Notes under the pieces: generated by a model
Database searches by the model: none
Seen by the model: the letters and a program-made list of their open reading frames with translations, nothing else
What the model was told of the DNA's origin: nothing
In this document: in pieces, positions 41,286-50,706 of the stretch
Layout of the letters: the number at the start of each line of letters is the position of its first letter
Numbering within the stretch: position 1 is the stretch's first letter
Assembly: GCA_963744145.1 (NCBI GenBank)
Contig: CAVUSO010000001.1
Location: forward strand, 4,864,001 to 4,928,000
Length of the DNA: 64,000 bases
Reading direction: 5' to 3'
Source of the DNA: an uncultured cyanobacterium
Lineage (GTDB): Bacteria; Cyanobacteriota; Cyanobacteriia; Cyanobacteriales; CAWUOF01
Position numbers and translations under genes: made by a program

Positions 41286-42687
41286 TCAAGGCTTTCTGAG
41301 AAATATCAAGGTTTCATAATAATCGTCTAAGGAGCGAGGGCGAGCATTTTTATTCGATTTTTGTAACTGAACATCATGCAAAGATTCAACTATCAAACCT
41401 AGTAACTGTGCTTCTTCTGCCAGAATTTCTGCCGATTGAACAACATAAAGTTTCTCCCTAGTTGAGAACTGATAAAATGTACTTTGCTTACCACTTACTA
41501 TGACTGCTAAAGCACCTGGTCTCAGGTATTGATACATTTGTTTTAAGGCTTTACGCATATCCAGAAAATAGCAGGCTGTGGGAGAAGCCTTAATTTTCCT
41601 CAGATCATCGTGATTGAGCCACTCAACAATATCTTTTTCTCTATTTAAAAGCGAAGCTAAGTCAACTGACCTATGATACATAGAGCCGATCGAATCATCA
41701 GCAAGATCGTTGACATCTTCATGATTTTTGATGCCCAGCGCGATCAATGATGGCGCTCTTGCCTCAGTACGGGCGTATTGCAATACGCCCGTACCCGACC
41801 ACTAGCAGCAGGAAGATAAGGAGGAGAAGTTACCAGAATATCGAATAATCCTAAATTTTTATCTATACTACGCGCATCTGCACAAATAGATTGTGCCTTA
41901 GAAAATGTCAGCTTGATGGTTTCTTTTAGCCACTCAATAGTTGCCACAACACGAATATATTTCTGAGCTGAATCCCGAAAACTTTCCGTGGGGCAACGTT
42001 TCGTCAAAGTCAGTGAAAACCTACCTACACCTGTGCCCAAAAATCGCATCTTAATCTTGCGTGCGATCGCATCAGACATCAAAACCTGAAAAAAACCTTG
42101 TCGCTCTAGACTTCCACAAGAAACAGCATACCTTAACCTTTGAATTTGAGTTCCAATCTCATCCATAACCTCTTGAGTCATATTTCTATTCTTCATTAAC
42201 CAAACCGGAAACTGAACAGGATGATCACAGTATTGATCTTTCCTTAGATAGAATAAATTTAGCTGATTGCTCTGGGATGTCATTAAAGCTTCTCAAACTG
42301 AACTAACTTCTTCTTCAAGCTCTGCACTAGAGATGTTAAGGATATCGATCTTATTCTGAGCAATTAGAACAGACAGAGGATCAATGTCAGTACCAATACT
42401 TTCCATACCCAAGATTGCTGCTTCTAACATTGTAGTTCCACTACCTGAGAAACAATCAATGACCCGATGGCTACCATGACCTAAACGTTGACGACATATA
42501 TTCAAAGTTGAACGAACGAGTCTGGGAAAAAACTTGGCTTTGTAGTAATGAATATCGTGGGAAGGTTTTGAATACCTTCTATAGATTGTTCAGGAAGGAA
42601 AGCTTTTAGTTCCATCTCGGCCAGAATTACATCTCCTTCTAAAGAGATATTGTGACGTAGTTTAAATATAAAATGTGATGTACTCAT
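41286..42687 (-). pseudogene. Fragmented N4-cytosine/N6-adenine DNA methyltransferase
   Basis: Motif I VIDCFSGSGTT (42293-42505), motif IV LVTSPPY (41744-42283) and the C-terminal LRPGALAVIV...ETLIFLRK (41286-41783) lie in four broken ORFs. Confidence 0.82.
41767..41794. repeat. Perfect 28-bp palindrome inserted in the methyltransferase gene
   Basis: GTACGGGCGTATTGCAATACGCCCGTAC; same family as 6493-6518 and 6930-6973. Confidence 0.9.
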
Positions 42688-42888
42688 AGATAGAGATTAT
42701 TACTAATAATATCAAGACTGGTAATTAACTTTAGTCTATCATTCATGTATATAGATTCAGTGAAACATATAATTGCGTCGTAAAGATAGAAAAGGTCATT
42801 TCTTGAAAAGGTTAAAAAGTTCTCAGGAATAGCCAAATTTAAGGCTCTTGAGTATTTCTCCTTAGTCCAAATTACATCTGTCATCTCT

Positions 42889-43092
42889 CAATACGGTTCG
42901 TTTAAGGATATTTTGGGAGATATCGACGGAAGTTGGGCGAAGCATTCGGGTCTAATATTACTCCCCTTCGACTACGCCCTTCGACTTCGCTCAGGGTAAA
43001 CTCAGGGTAAAATTTGAGCGTTCAATTGTCGCCCGAATGCTATGCCTCCGGCACGCTACGCGAACGCCCCTACACTTAACCGAACCGTATTG
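42889..43092. mobile_element. MITE-like element with nested short repeats
   Basis: Terminal inverted repeats CAATACGGTTCGTTTAAG...CTTAACCGAACCGTATTG; a shorter inverted relative lies at 55243-55377. Confidence 0.7.
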
Positions 43093-43128
43093 TGTCATCG
43101 ACCATTCCTTGATCACAATTATAGGAAG

Positions 43129-43527
43129 ATGTTGAAGATGTCTGAAGTCCCATTTATTCAAGTTGAAGTAGCACCGATTTTCAATCACAATGCTAGGGCA
43201 CTAAAAAATATTGAAGTGCCAATGATTGAGATCATCCAATTTTGCGATCGCTGGCAGATTAGCGAATTTGCTCTATTTGGCTCTGTTTTGCGATCCGATT
43301 TCCGTCCTGATAGTGATATTGATGTGATGGTGCAATTTCTTATGGAAGCTCACCCAACTTTTTTAAGTTTGGAACAAATGGAAGAGGAGTTAAAAATAAT
43401 TTTTAATCGGGAAATTGATTTAATTACTCGATCGGGAATTGAAACCAGTCGAAATTACTTACGCCGCCAAGAAATACTTTCTTCTGCTCAGGTGATTTAT
43501 GCAGCGCGACCTTCAATTTTTGCTTGA
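43129..43527 (+). CDS. Minimal nucleotidyltransferase (MNT) antitoxin, copy 1
   Basis: ALFGSVLRSDFRPDSDIDV (GSx10DxD). Start uncertain. Confidence 0.85.
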   Translation: MLKMSEVPFIQVEVAPIFNHNARALKNIEVPMIEIIQFCDRWQISEFALFGSVLRSDFRPDSDIDVMVQFLMEAHPTFLSLEQMEEELKIIFNREIDLITRSGIETSRNYLRRQEILSSAQVIYAARPSIFA

Positions 43528-43560
43528 TATGTTGCAATCAGCAGAACTAATTATACAGCC
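43499..43560 (+). pseudogene. HEPN/DUF86 toxin, only the first ~20 codons remain
   Basis: MQRDLQFLLDMLQSAELIIQ overlaps the MNT 3' end and is then cut by a REP cluster. Confidence 0.7.
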
Positions 43561-43576
43561 TATTCCAGGTTTATGA

Positions 43577-43920
43577 AGTTCATCAAGGTGATCTGTGGGG
43601 CAGGGCGGGTTCATCAATACCTCGACTACGCTCGGCACAAGAGTTATTTGTGTGTGGCAAATTCAAGGGTGAACCCGCCCCTACAGGGATGCACCAAAAA
43701 ATCGATCAGGATTAGAGGATTACAAGATTAACAGGATTTGTAGGGGCAGGTGAATGAATTTATGATCACAATCAACCAGGATTTGTAGGGGCAGGTTCAC
43801 CAATCAATTCTGCTCCAAACAGATTACGACAGGTAAGATGCCTGTCCTACTCATAAACCTGCCCAACCAACACAGATCACTTACAATCTCTGACAGGCAA
43901 GATGCCTGTCCCACACCATT
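43577..43920. repeat. Cluster of REP-like palindromes
   Basis: Inverted copy of 33637-33747, two GGATTTGTAGGGGCAGGT units, and two GACAGG(C/T)AAGATGCCTGTC units. Confidence 0.75.
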
Positions 43921-44043
43921 CATGCCAAATCTTACTGTACTTCATCAACAGGTCATCCGCTGTAGACTACACAACTCAATGCTCAAAAGACCAGTTTATT
44001 GCCCAAGTTGCAGACTGATCAGATAGCGATCGCGATCGACATT

Positions 44044-44171
44044 TGTATGAATTAAACGCACGATTCCTCCTAAAAACGGTCAAGATCAGCTTCAATGCTG
44101 TCAATTTCTGCTTGGCTCACAAACACTTCTTCTTTGCGTGTAGCATAGGCAGGGAAAGGGAAATTAACTAA
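44044..44171. repeat. 128-bp direct repeat, copy 2 (true herA end + 6-codon sbcD stub)
   Basis: GTG CGT TTA ATT CAT ACA at 44061-44044 reproduces the sbcD start, then diverges. Confidence 0.95.
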
Positions 44172-45821
44172 AATCGGTGCGGGAACTTCTGGTTGATGTA
44201 TAAACATTGTGCCAGATTTTAGAAATAAAGCTCGCTTGCGACAAGAACCGGTCAAAAAGTTGTATTCAGGACGTTCTGCTTCTGCTGAATCTAATCTTCC
44301 CACCACACGAATAGCTGCTTGTCCAACCACACGACGTTCTACTTCTGAAGCGGTTTGTTGTGCCCCGATTAAAATAATTCCCAGGGAGCGTCCTCGTTCT
44401 GCAATGTCTACTAGCAAATCTTTAATCGGGCTACGTCCATCACGGGGGGCATATTTGTTTAACTCATCCAAAACGATAAAAACAACAGGTTCTCTACCCT
44501 GTTTTTCTTTTTGAAAAAATAGCTTTTGCAGTAATACACCCACAACAAATTTTTGAGCGCGGGCGGTAAGTTTATGGATATCAACTACAGTTAGTTGAGC
44601 ATCTGAGGAAAGGGGATTAAGTTGATATTTCGCAACTTCATTCGGTAATAAATCGCCCCGAATTAAATGACTAACTTCACTACTAATACCATATAAACGT
44701 CGAATCATGGCCTCGGCTGTAGCTGGGACATTTCGACCTAACCAACGTCTGTCTTCTTCATTCAGGAGTTTATGTTCTAAAAAGTCGATTAAATCTCTAA
44801 AAGTCTCGATTTTGGTTTTGGTTTTACCTTTTTCTCCAAACTCTTCTACTTCTAAATGCGCTTGAATTTTCTGCCGTTCCTTTTTATCATTATCTTCGGC
44901 TAGTCTTGCTAATTTTTCTTCTACTGTTGTGACTAGATAAGATAAATTACCTCGATCTAAATCTTCTCCAGTAAATAAGAAACGAAATAGCCGATCGCGA
45001 CATAGTTCTCGGATACTCCACAAATATACTGATATCCCCTCAGAACGCTGTTCTAAATCAGAGTCAACCGTTCTGGAATCTTTTTTTGGTGTAGCGCGAA
45101 AACTGGCACTTTTAAAAGGTTGTACAGGTAATTTCATCAATTCATATTTATTTTTATCCTTTTCTTTTTCTGCATTGCCATAACTTTGATTGAGCTTGTC
45201 TAAAAAGAATAAATCCTCACCTTTGACATTAAAAATTAATGCTTTTGTATTAGCTTTGTAAGCACCTAATATGTGAGAATTAAAAATAGAATAGAGTAAA
45301 AACAATGCGTAGGATGTTTTCGTCGCGACTCCAGAAACACCAGAAATATTGACATGAGCGCCTTTCTCACCATTAATAAATGAATAGTTAAAATATGCCG
45401 GATTGCCATTATTCATAATACCTGCTGGAATCGGGGTATCCATGCTATCAAAATATAAAGCAGATGCTAGTTGCTTATCTACAGCTAGCTTCACCGGATC
45501 ACCAGGTTGAGGAGGTAAATATTCTTCTGGTTCAATTCTGGTAACTTGAACGTGAGCAGTGTAAGAAATATTAACAGGCAAAGTTCCTTTTTTTGCGACT
45601 AATAAAGTATCAGTATCAAACTCTGCTCCTTCATATTGAGTACGAACGTAGTCAACCACACCATAAAAGTAAACAATTTCCCCATCATCAGGACGTTGAG
45701 TTTTCACTTCCACCACATCATCTAGACGCAATACTTTTCCCGAGTCAACTGCGATCCAAAATTCCAAAGGAGTAGCTTCTTTATTCCCTAGCACAAAACC
45801 AATTGGTTGAGAAATTGTCAT
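44070..45821 (-). CDS. herA: HerA-family (FtsK/HerA) DNA translocase ATPase
   Basis: N-terminal HAS-barrel-like region, variant Walker A ISGVSGVATKTS, Walker B IVLDELNKY, ERGRSLG arginine finger, GAQQTAS. Confidence 0.88.
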   Translation of the reverse strand: MTISQPIGFVLGNKEATPLEFWIAVDSGKVLRLDDVVEVKTQRPDDGEIVYFYGVVDYVRTQYEGAEFDTDTLLVAKKGTLPVNISYTAHVQVTRIEPEEYLPPQPGDPVKLAVDKQLASALYFDSMDTPIPAGIMNNGNPAYFNYSFINGEKGAHVNISGVSGVATKTSYALFLLYSIFNSHILGAYKANTKALIFNVKGEDLFFLDKLNQSYGNAEKEKDKNKYELMKLPVQPFKSASFRATPKKDSRTVDSDLEQRSEGISVYLWSIRELCRDRLFRFLFTGEDLDRGNLSYLVTTVEEKLARLAEDNDKKERQKIQAHLEVEEFGEKGKTKTKIETFRDLIDFLEHKLLNEEDRRWLGRNVPATAEAMIRRLYGISSEVSHLIRGDLLPNEVAKYQLNPLSSDAQLTVVDIHKLTARAQKFVVGVLLQKLFFQKEKQGREPVVFIVLDELNKYAPRDGRSPIKDLLVDIAERGRSLGIILIGAQQTASEVERRVVGQAAIRVVGRLDSAEAERPEYNFLTGSCRKRALFLKSGTMFIHQPEVPAPILVNFPFPAYATRKEEVFVSQAEIDSIEADLDRF

Positions 45822-46852
45822 TTATTGACTCCAAACGATGCTAAAAAGTTTTGCACTCGTCGCTTAATTAATGTAGCATCACCCATCCTTCTACCTAATT
45901 CTCGTTCCAAAGCACTCACAGGTGCAAGATTTTGGGGAGCGCGGGGATCTCTTGATGGATGAGAAGCATAATAGGGAATTAAATGACAAGTTTGATTGGC
46001 GATTTGTCTGGCTCTGTCTATCCCATTTTTTCGAGATAATTCCAGCCGGACAATACCATGCAAATCGTGATAGCCAAGCTGATTATTCAAATGTTGAGAA
46101 CTACCAGATTTCAAATACCATGAATACAGGGATCTATCTTGAATTTCAAAAATAGGTGTGCGCTGTCCTGGCAACAATTTCCATAGTAAAGTAGCATATT
46201 TTTCAGGTAGGTATTGCTTGTGCATGGTTTTAACATAGCCCAAGGTAAAAATAGGTGATTCATATCGTAATGAACCATCCCGAATTACCAAGGTATCTGT
46301 ATCTTTGATATTTAGTTTGCCTACTAGCTGTTCCTCTGCGGCTAACATAGCATTTTGGACAATTGCATTTCTGACTTCAGGGGTATTAGGTTGATTGCTT
46401 TTAACTGCTCGATAAAGTAATTTGGCTTTGCTTCCCAACGGACAATGAATGGGTGTAGATACAGCTTCTTGTTCACCACCAAAACCCACAATTCGATGGA
46501 TATCAATTTCCGGTTCTATGTAACTTGCTTTAGGAATAGTTCTGTCTACGATCACAGCACCCACAGCGATCGTACCAAATACACCATAGATGATTGTATT
46601 GCCATCACCACCGACCAGGGCAGCATCTAACCGTCGTCGTCCGTCTGTAAAGATCAGACGATTAGGTAAGGATGTGGGAGCTTGAGACTCAAAACTATCC
46701 CAATGATCAGTCTCTACTGTCGGGTTAATATCACTATCTGAAGGTGCAAGTTCTTCGCTGATTTGAATTGGTGGCTCGTAGTCGTTACTCCAAGATTCGA
46801 TGCGAAAATTATGCGATCGCCAGAAGTCACTTACATAATTATCCATAGGCAT
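45818..46852 (-). CDS. nurA: NurA-family 5'-3' nuclease
   Basis: FTDGRRR, VIRDGSL, GYVKT, RAPQNLAPVSALE; ATGA overlap with herA. Confidence 0.8.
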   Translation of the reverse strand: MPMDNYVSDFWRSHNFRIESWSNDYEPPIQISEELAPSDSDINPTVETDHWDSFESQAPTSLPNRLIFTDGRRRLDAALVGGDGNTIIYGVFGTIAVGAVIVDRTIPKASYIEPEIDIHRIVGFGGEQEAVSTPIHCPLGSKAKLLYRAVKSNQPNTPEVRNAIVQNAMLAAEEQLVGKLNIKDTDTLVIRDGSLRYESPIFTLGYVKTMHKQYLPEKYATLLWKLLPGQRTPIFEIQDRSLYSWYLKSGSSQHLNNQLGYHDLHGIVRLELSRKNGIDRARQIANQTCHLIPYYASHPSRDPRAPQNLAPVSALERELGRRMGDATLIKRRVQNFLASFGVNK

Positions 46853-47120
46853 TACTTTGGGTTTGGCTGAGTAAATAGGCTATTTTCAACATTATCATTA
46901 ATCAACTAATAATTACCAATTTACGTCTAATTTAAAATCGAGACTGATGGGCCTGATGGGCATGGTAGTAGAACCCCTGACGGTCAAAAAAGCATTGTGA
47001 ACTGTTTCAACAATTAAGATGCCAAAAGTGTGGTGAATCCCGTTGCACCGGAACGAATTTAGATTATCGGTTAGGCGTGAATGTTAAACTTGACCCAGAA
47101 ATGCAAGGGGAGTAATCACC

Positions 47121-47318
47121 GTGGCTTCTATCACAATTGACCTTTCAGATCGCCAATTTCAAAGGCTACAAGATTTAGCAACATTGCATGGAATTGCACT
47201 TGAAGTTCTATTAAAGGCAAGTTTAGAGGATTGGCTCAATTCTCAAAAGAGTGAGTTTGTTGAGGCAGCTAATTATGTGCTGACCAAAAATGCTGAACTA
47301 TATCGACGCTTAACATAA
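47121..47318 (+). CDS. RHH-like antitoxin, copy 2 (followed by only ~29 codons of doc)
   Basis: 62/65 aa identical to 34135-34332. Confidence 0.8.
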   Translation: MASITIDLSDRQFQRLQDLATLHGIALEVLLKASLEDWLNSQKSEFVEAANYVLTKNAELYRRLT

Positions 47319-47433
47319 TGCAGTTTCTCACGTTAATTGAGGTGTTAGAACTGCATCGTCAAGTTATTGAGCAATCTGGCGGAGCATTCGGTATCCGCGA
47401 TGTAGACCATTCCTTGATCACAATTATAGGAAG

Positions 47434-47832
47434 ATGTTGAAGATGTCTGAGATCCCATTTATTCAAGTTGAAGTAGCACCGATTTTCAATCACAATGCTA
47501 GGGCAATAAAAAATATTGAAGTGCCAATGATTGAGATCATCCAATTCTGCGATCGCTGGCAGATTAGCGAATTTGCTTTATTTGGCTCTGTTTTGCGATC
47601 CGATTTCCGTCCTGATAGTGATATTGATGTGATGGTGCAATTTCTTATGGAAGCTCACCCAACTTTTTTAAGTTTGGAACAAATGGAAGAGGAGTTAAAA
47701 ATAATTTTTAATCGGGAAATTGATTTAATTACTCGATCGGGAATTGAAACCAGTCGAAATTACTTACGCCGCCAAGAAATACTTTCTTCTGCTCAGGTGA
47801 TTTATGCAGCGCGACCTTCAATTTTTGCTTGA
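47434..47832 (+). CDS. MNT nucleotidyltransferase antitoxin, copy 2 (HEPN partner reduced to ~11 codons)
   Basis: Near-identical to 43129-43527. Confidence 0.85.
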   Translation: MLKMSEIPFIQVEVAPIFNHNARAIKNIEVPMIEIIQFCDRWQISEFALFGSVLRSDFRPDSDIDVMVQFLMEAHPTFLSLEQMEEELKIIFNREIDLITRSGIETSRNYLRRQEILSSAQVIYAARPSIFA

Positions 47833-47870
47833 TATGTGTGACCTATGGTGCGATCGCACCCAGTCCAAAA

Positions 47871-49259
47871 CTACCCCTCACCATTAACATTATGAACTTT
47901 TAAACTATCCAGCTTTCCTTTATGTTCAATCATATCTCTCACAGCTTTGTAAGCTTCACTGATAGTACGAAAAGATTCTTGGGAAATTTTTTCTTGAATT
48001 AGATATCTAGCAGCTTGGGCAAATATTTTATCCAAATCCTCTAAAGCTGCGATCGGTTTTTGATGATCAATTTGGACTGCTATCATCAACTGAATTATTG
48101 CTTCAATGAGGAGATCTGCTTCATCTTTATTCCGCTTATTTAGCCATGTTTTTAGTTGCCACAACCAGGAACCAACTAGCAAGATTAGTGTTAAAAGTAC
48201 CCCAAAAGCATCGGCATATTCTTGTACAAATGAAGGCTTATCGCGTTCAAAATAAGTAATCGCACCAGGATGGATGGGTATACCAGTACCTCCTGTAGTA
48301 GTGGGTTTGCTGATGAGAAAAACTAAAGGGCTAACATCGGCAAATTCCGCTGGGATTTTATTAGCAATTTCCTGACGGTGGCTGTCGATAATTTCAGTAA
48401 TTTGTTTAATTACATCACTATCAACGCGATCGCTGGCTACCAAAAGCCGATTTACTATCACCGTAGATAATTCGGTGGCAGGTACAATTGGGTTGCTACC
48501 ATGATATGCACCTCTAGGAATTACTGATGGTACAAAAGCCGGGTATTTAATTTGCATAGCCGCCCCCTGCTCAATTGAGATCAATCGACCTTGGTATTTT
48601 TCCACTAGATCGGCAATAGTTTTGTTACCCAAAGCTCGCACACGAAAAACTGCATCTACTTGATTTTTCTGAAAAGCTTCATTTGATTCTTTTTGGTTTT
48701 CTCCGACAAAAATAAAGTTTGATTCTTGCAAACCATAGTGGGCTGCAATCTTTAAAAAAGAATCATATTGCCCGCCGGCTTTCCACAAACTAATTCGCTT
48801 GCCTTTCAGATCGGTAAATTCCTTTATTGTTGACTGATTTTTCACAACTAATTGAAAAAAATCCGGATATAAAATTACCACTACGCGAGCTAGTAAGCCT
48901 GCTGGAATATCAGTTTGAGCTGTTGCTAATTGAGCTTGTCCCGATTCTAAAAGTTTGAGATTTTCTACGGTACCTTTAGTTTCTAATACCTCAATCTTAA
49001 TTCTGGGATTATTTTCTTCTATTACTTGCCTAATTGCTTGACTGAGAACGTAGCTTTCTCCATCTTTACTACCAGCTACCAGGGTTAACTTATAAATTCT
49101 CAAGCTTTGTAATAAATACCAAGTTATCGCTAGCAATATACTAACGCTGACACATCCCAATCCTACTAAAATTATTTTTCTAGCGAGGTCTAAACTATTA
49201 AAAAAAACCAGAAAATTTATATTTTTGTTTAGCGGTAGATTTGTTGACGTTTTTGTCAT
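47871..49259 (-). CDS. TAXI-family TRAP transporter solute receptor with N- and C-terminal TM helices
   Basis: AGSKDGESY, ETKGTVENLKLL, IPIHPGAITYF. Confidence 0.85.
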   Translation of the reverse strand: MTKTSTNLPLNKNINFLVFFNSLDLARKIILVGLGCVSVSILLAITWYLLQSLRIYKLTLVAGSKDGESYVLSQAIRQVIEENNPRIKIEVLETKGTVENLKLLESGQAQLATAQTDIPAGLLARVVVILYPDFFQLVVKNQSTIKEFTDLKGKRISLWKAGGQYDSFLKIAAHYGLQESNFIFVGENQKESNEAFQKNQVDAVFRVRALGNKTIADLVEKYQGRLISIEQGAAMQIKYPAFVPSVIPRGAYHGSNPIVPATELSTVIVNRLLVASDRVDSDVIKQITEIIDSHRQEIANKIPAEFADVSPLVFLISKPTTTGGTGIPIHPGAITYFERDKPSFVQEYADAFGVLLTLILLVGSWLWQLKTWLNKRNKDEADLLIEAIIQLMIAVQIDHQKPIAALEDLDKIFAQAARYLIQEKISQESFRTISEAYKAVRDMIEHKGKLDSLKVHNVNGEG

Positions 49260-49554
49260 AATTATATAACCATTAACAGCTATGTCTCCATGTCCAATCG
49301 ATACAGGATGTCATAATTCCGTGCGTGGATCTGATGTATCTTCTTCTTTATTGGCCATTATTATATCAAATTGTGGTAAAGGTTGGTAGTTGATATTTTA
49401 CTATTTTTAGGATCTTTGCGGGGCGATCGCATCCAACCCACATTAAAACTACCGCTCATAACCAACACCATCCTGATCCGGTAATATATTATTGAACTCA
49501 CCCTATCTAAATCAAATGGGTCATTGAAACTTTTTGCTGGATCAAGGTGGATTC

Positions 49555-49938
49555 ATGTTCCAAGACATTACTGCTCAGATTAATGATTTTTCTTTATTTT
49601 CATATTTAGTGACAGTCTCAGGAGTTACTAGCATAGCAGGAATACTTAGTTGGCGATGGTGGAAACACAAGAGCGCATACAAACCGCTAGAATTACTCCC
49701 TTCTCCTCCCAAACACTGGCTGTTAGGAAATTTGCCGCAAGTGTTACTAGCAGTAAAACAGAAGAAATTATTTCGGCAAGTATTTGATTGGAGTCAGCAG
49801 CTAGGCCCGATCTACGTGTTGTGGTATGGTAGTTCTCCAGGTGTGATTTTAAGTCAACCAAAAGTAATCGAAGATACTATCGTCAAGCTCTCAACAAACC
49901 TAAAGGTAACAATAGTGATCGCGCCTAATCTGTCTTAA
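49555..49938 (+). pseudogene. N-terminal fragment of a cytochrome P450
   Basis: TM anchor, LPSPPKHWLLGNL and LGPIYVLW; ends after ~110 codons of similarity with no heme-binding Cys motif. Confidence 0.7.
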
Positions 49939-49961
49939 AGTTCATGCTTGAGAATGCGATC

Positions 49962-50146
49962 GCCTAATCGGTTCAATAAATTCTATAATACCAGCATCAT
50001 CAAAATCGTCAGTAAACTCAATTAAATGATTAACAAAAGGTTTATATTGTGGGTTCAACTGCTCTAAACGATTAGCTTCATTTATTACCATATCCAGATC
50101 ACCAATTCTACTAGCTTGATAGATTTGTTCTAGTTCATCTCTAGGG
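49962..50146 (-). pseudogene. C-terminal remnant of a cyanobacterial hybrid sensor kinase/response regulator
   Basis: PRDELEQIYQASRIGDLDMVINEANRLEQLNPQYKPFVNHLIEFTDDFD..IIEFI, with no start. Confidence 0.5.
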
Positions 50147-50706
50147 GAATAAGTTTAAAATCTTTATCGGCTCAACAATAGAGTTAATTAGCAAAAAGAT
50201 ATGTCTACTATAATTAGCAATAAACCATCCTTGAAAAAAAAGTTAATTACAGGAGAGTGAGAGAAACTGGTGAGATTTTTTCCAAATTATGGATTGATTA
50301 AATAATGATTAAAAACACCTCCAGAAATAAATTAGATATTATCATTGATCTTTTTTTCATTTATAACTGAGTAGTATAACCGAGGAGTCAATATTAGTTG
50401 TAAGGGTAGAATTATGGCAAAGCTGCTTTGGAGCAATTGTTTAAATAGTTTGTATATGTGGACTGCCACATTATTGCTAGCCAACAGTGCGATCGCTACC
50501 GATTCAACCCTAATCAAAGGGAATATTTCGACGCAGATTAAGTACAGCGTTACCGAGAAATGGGATTAGCTTGCTGATTTTGATAAGCTGTACTTATCAC
50601 CACTGGGATGGAATAGCCGAAATCATATTTGGTTTAACATCTAATATAGATTATCATAGATATCGAGGATTTCTATTTTTGCTCATCTGCTCAAAAAGGA
50701 TTCAAT

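Larger units (their letters stand above)
47066..47837 (+). repeat. Fused duplicate of 34080-34419 and 43100-43532
   Basis: 47066-47405 matches 34080-34419 (about 11 mismatches) and 47405-47837 matches 43100-43532 (about 5 mismatches); joined at a single shared G. Confidence 0.93.

Noticed and set aside
42684..42884. Restriction endonuclease partner of the methyltransferase
   Set aside because: Only 66 codons, next to a MITE, with no recognisable catalytic motif; cannot be assigned.
32099..44171. Integrase-mediated genomic island with attL/attR
   Set aside because: No integrase or tRNA target is present, and two further collinear duplications outside the repeat pair are better explained by tandem duplication with loss. 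Not formally excluded.
50450..50706. Fluoride riboswitch upstream of the crcB operon
   Set aside because: I could not find the GGCGATGG...TGATG-type consensus. Only a 10-bp inverted repeat (50539-50548 / 50587-50596) of unknown meaning is present. An Rfam scan would settle it.
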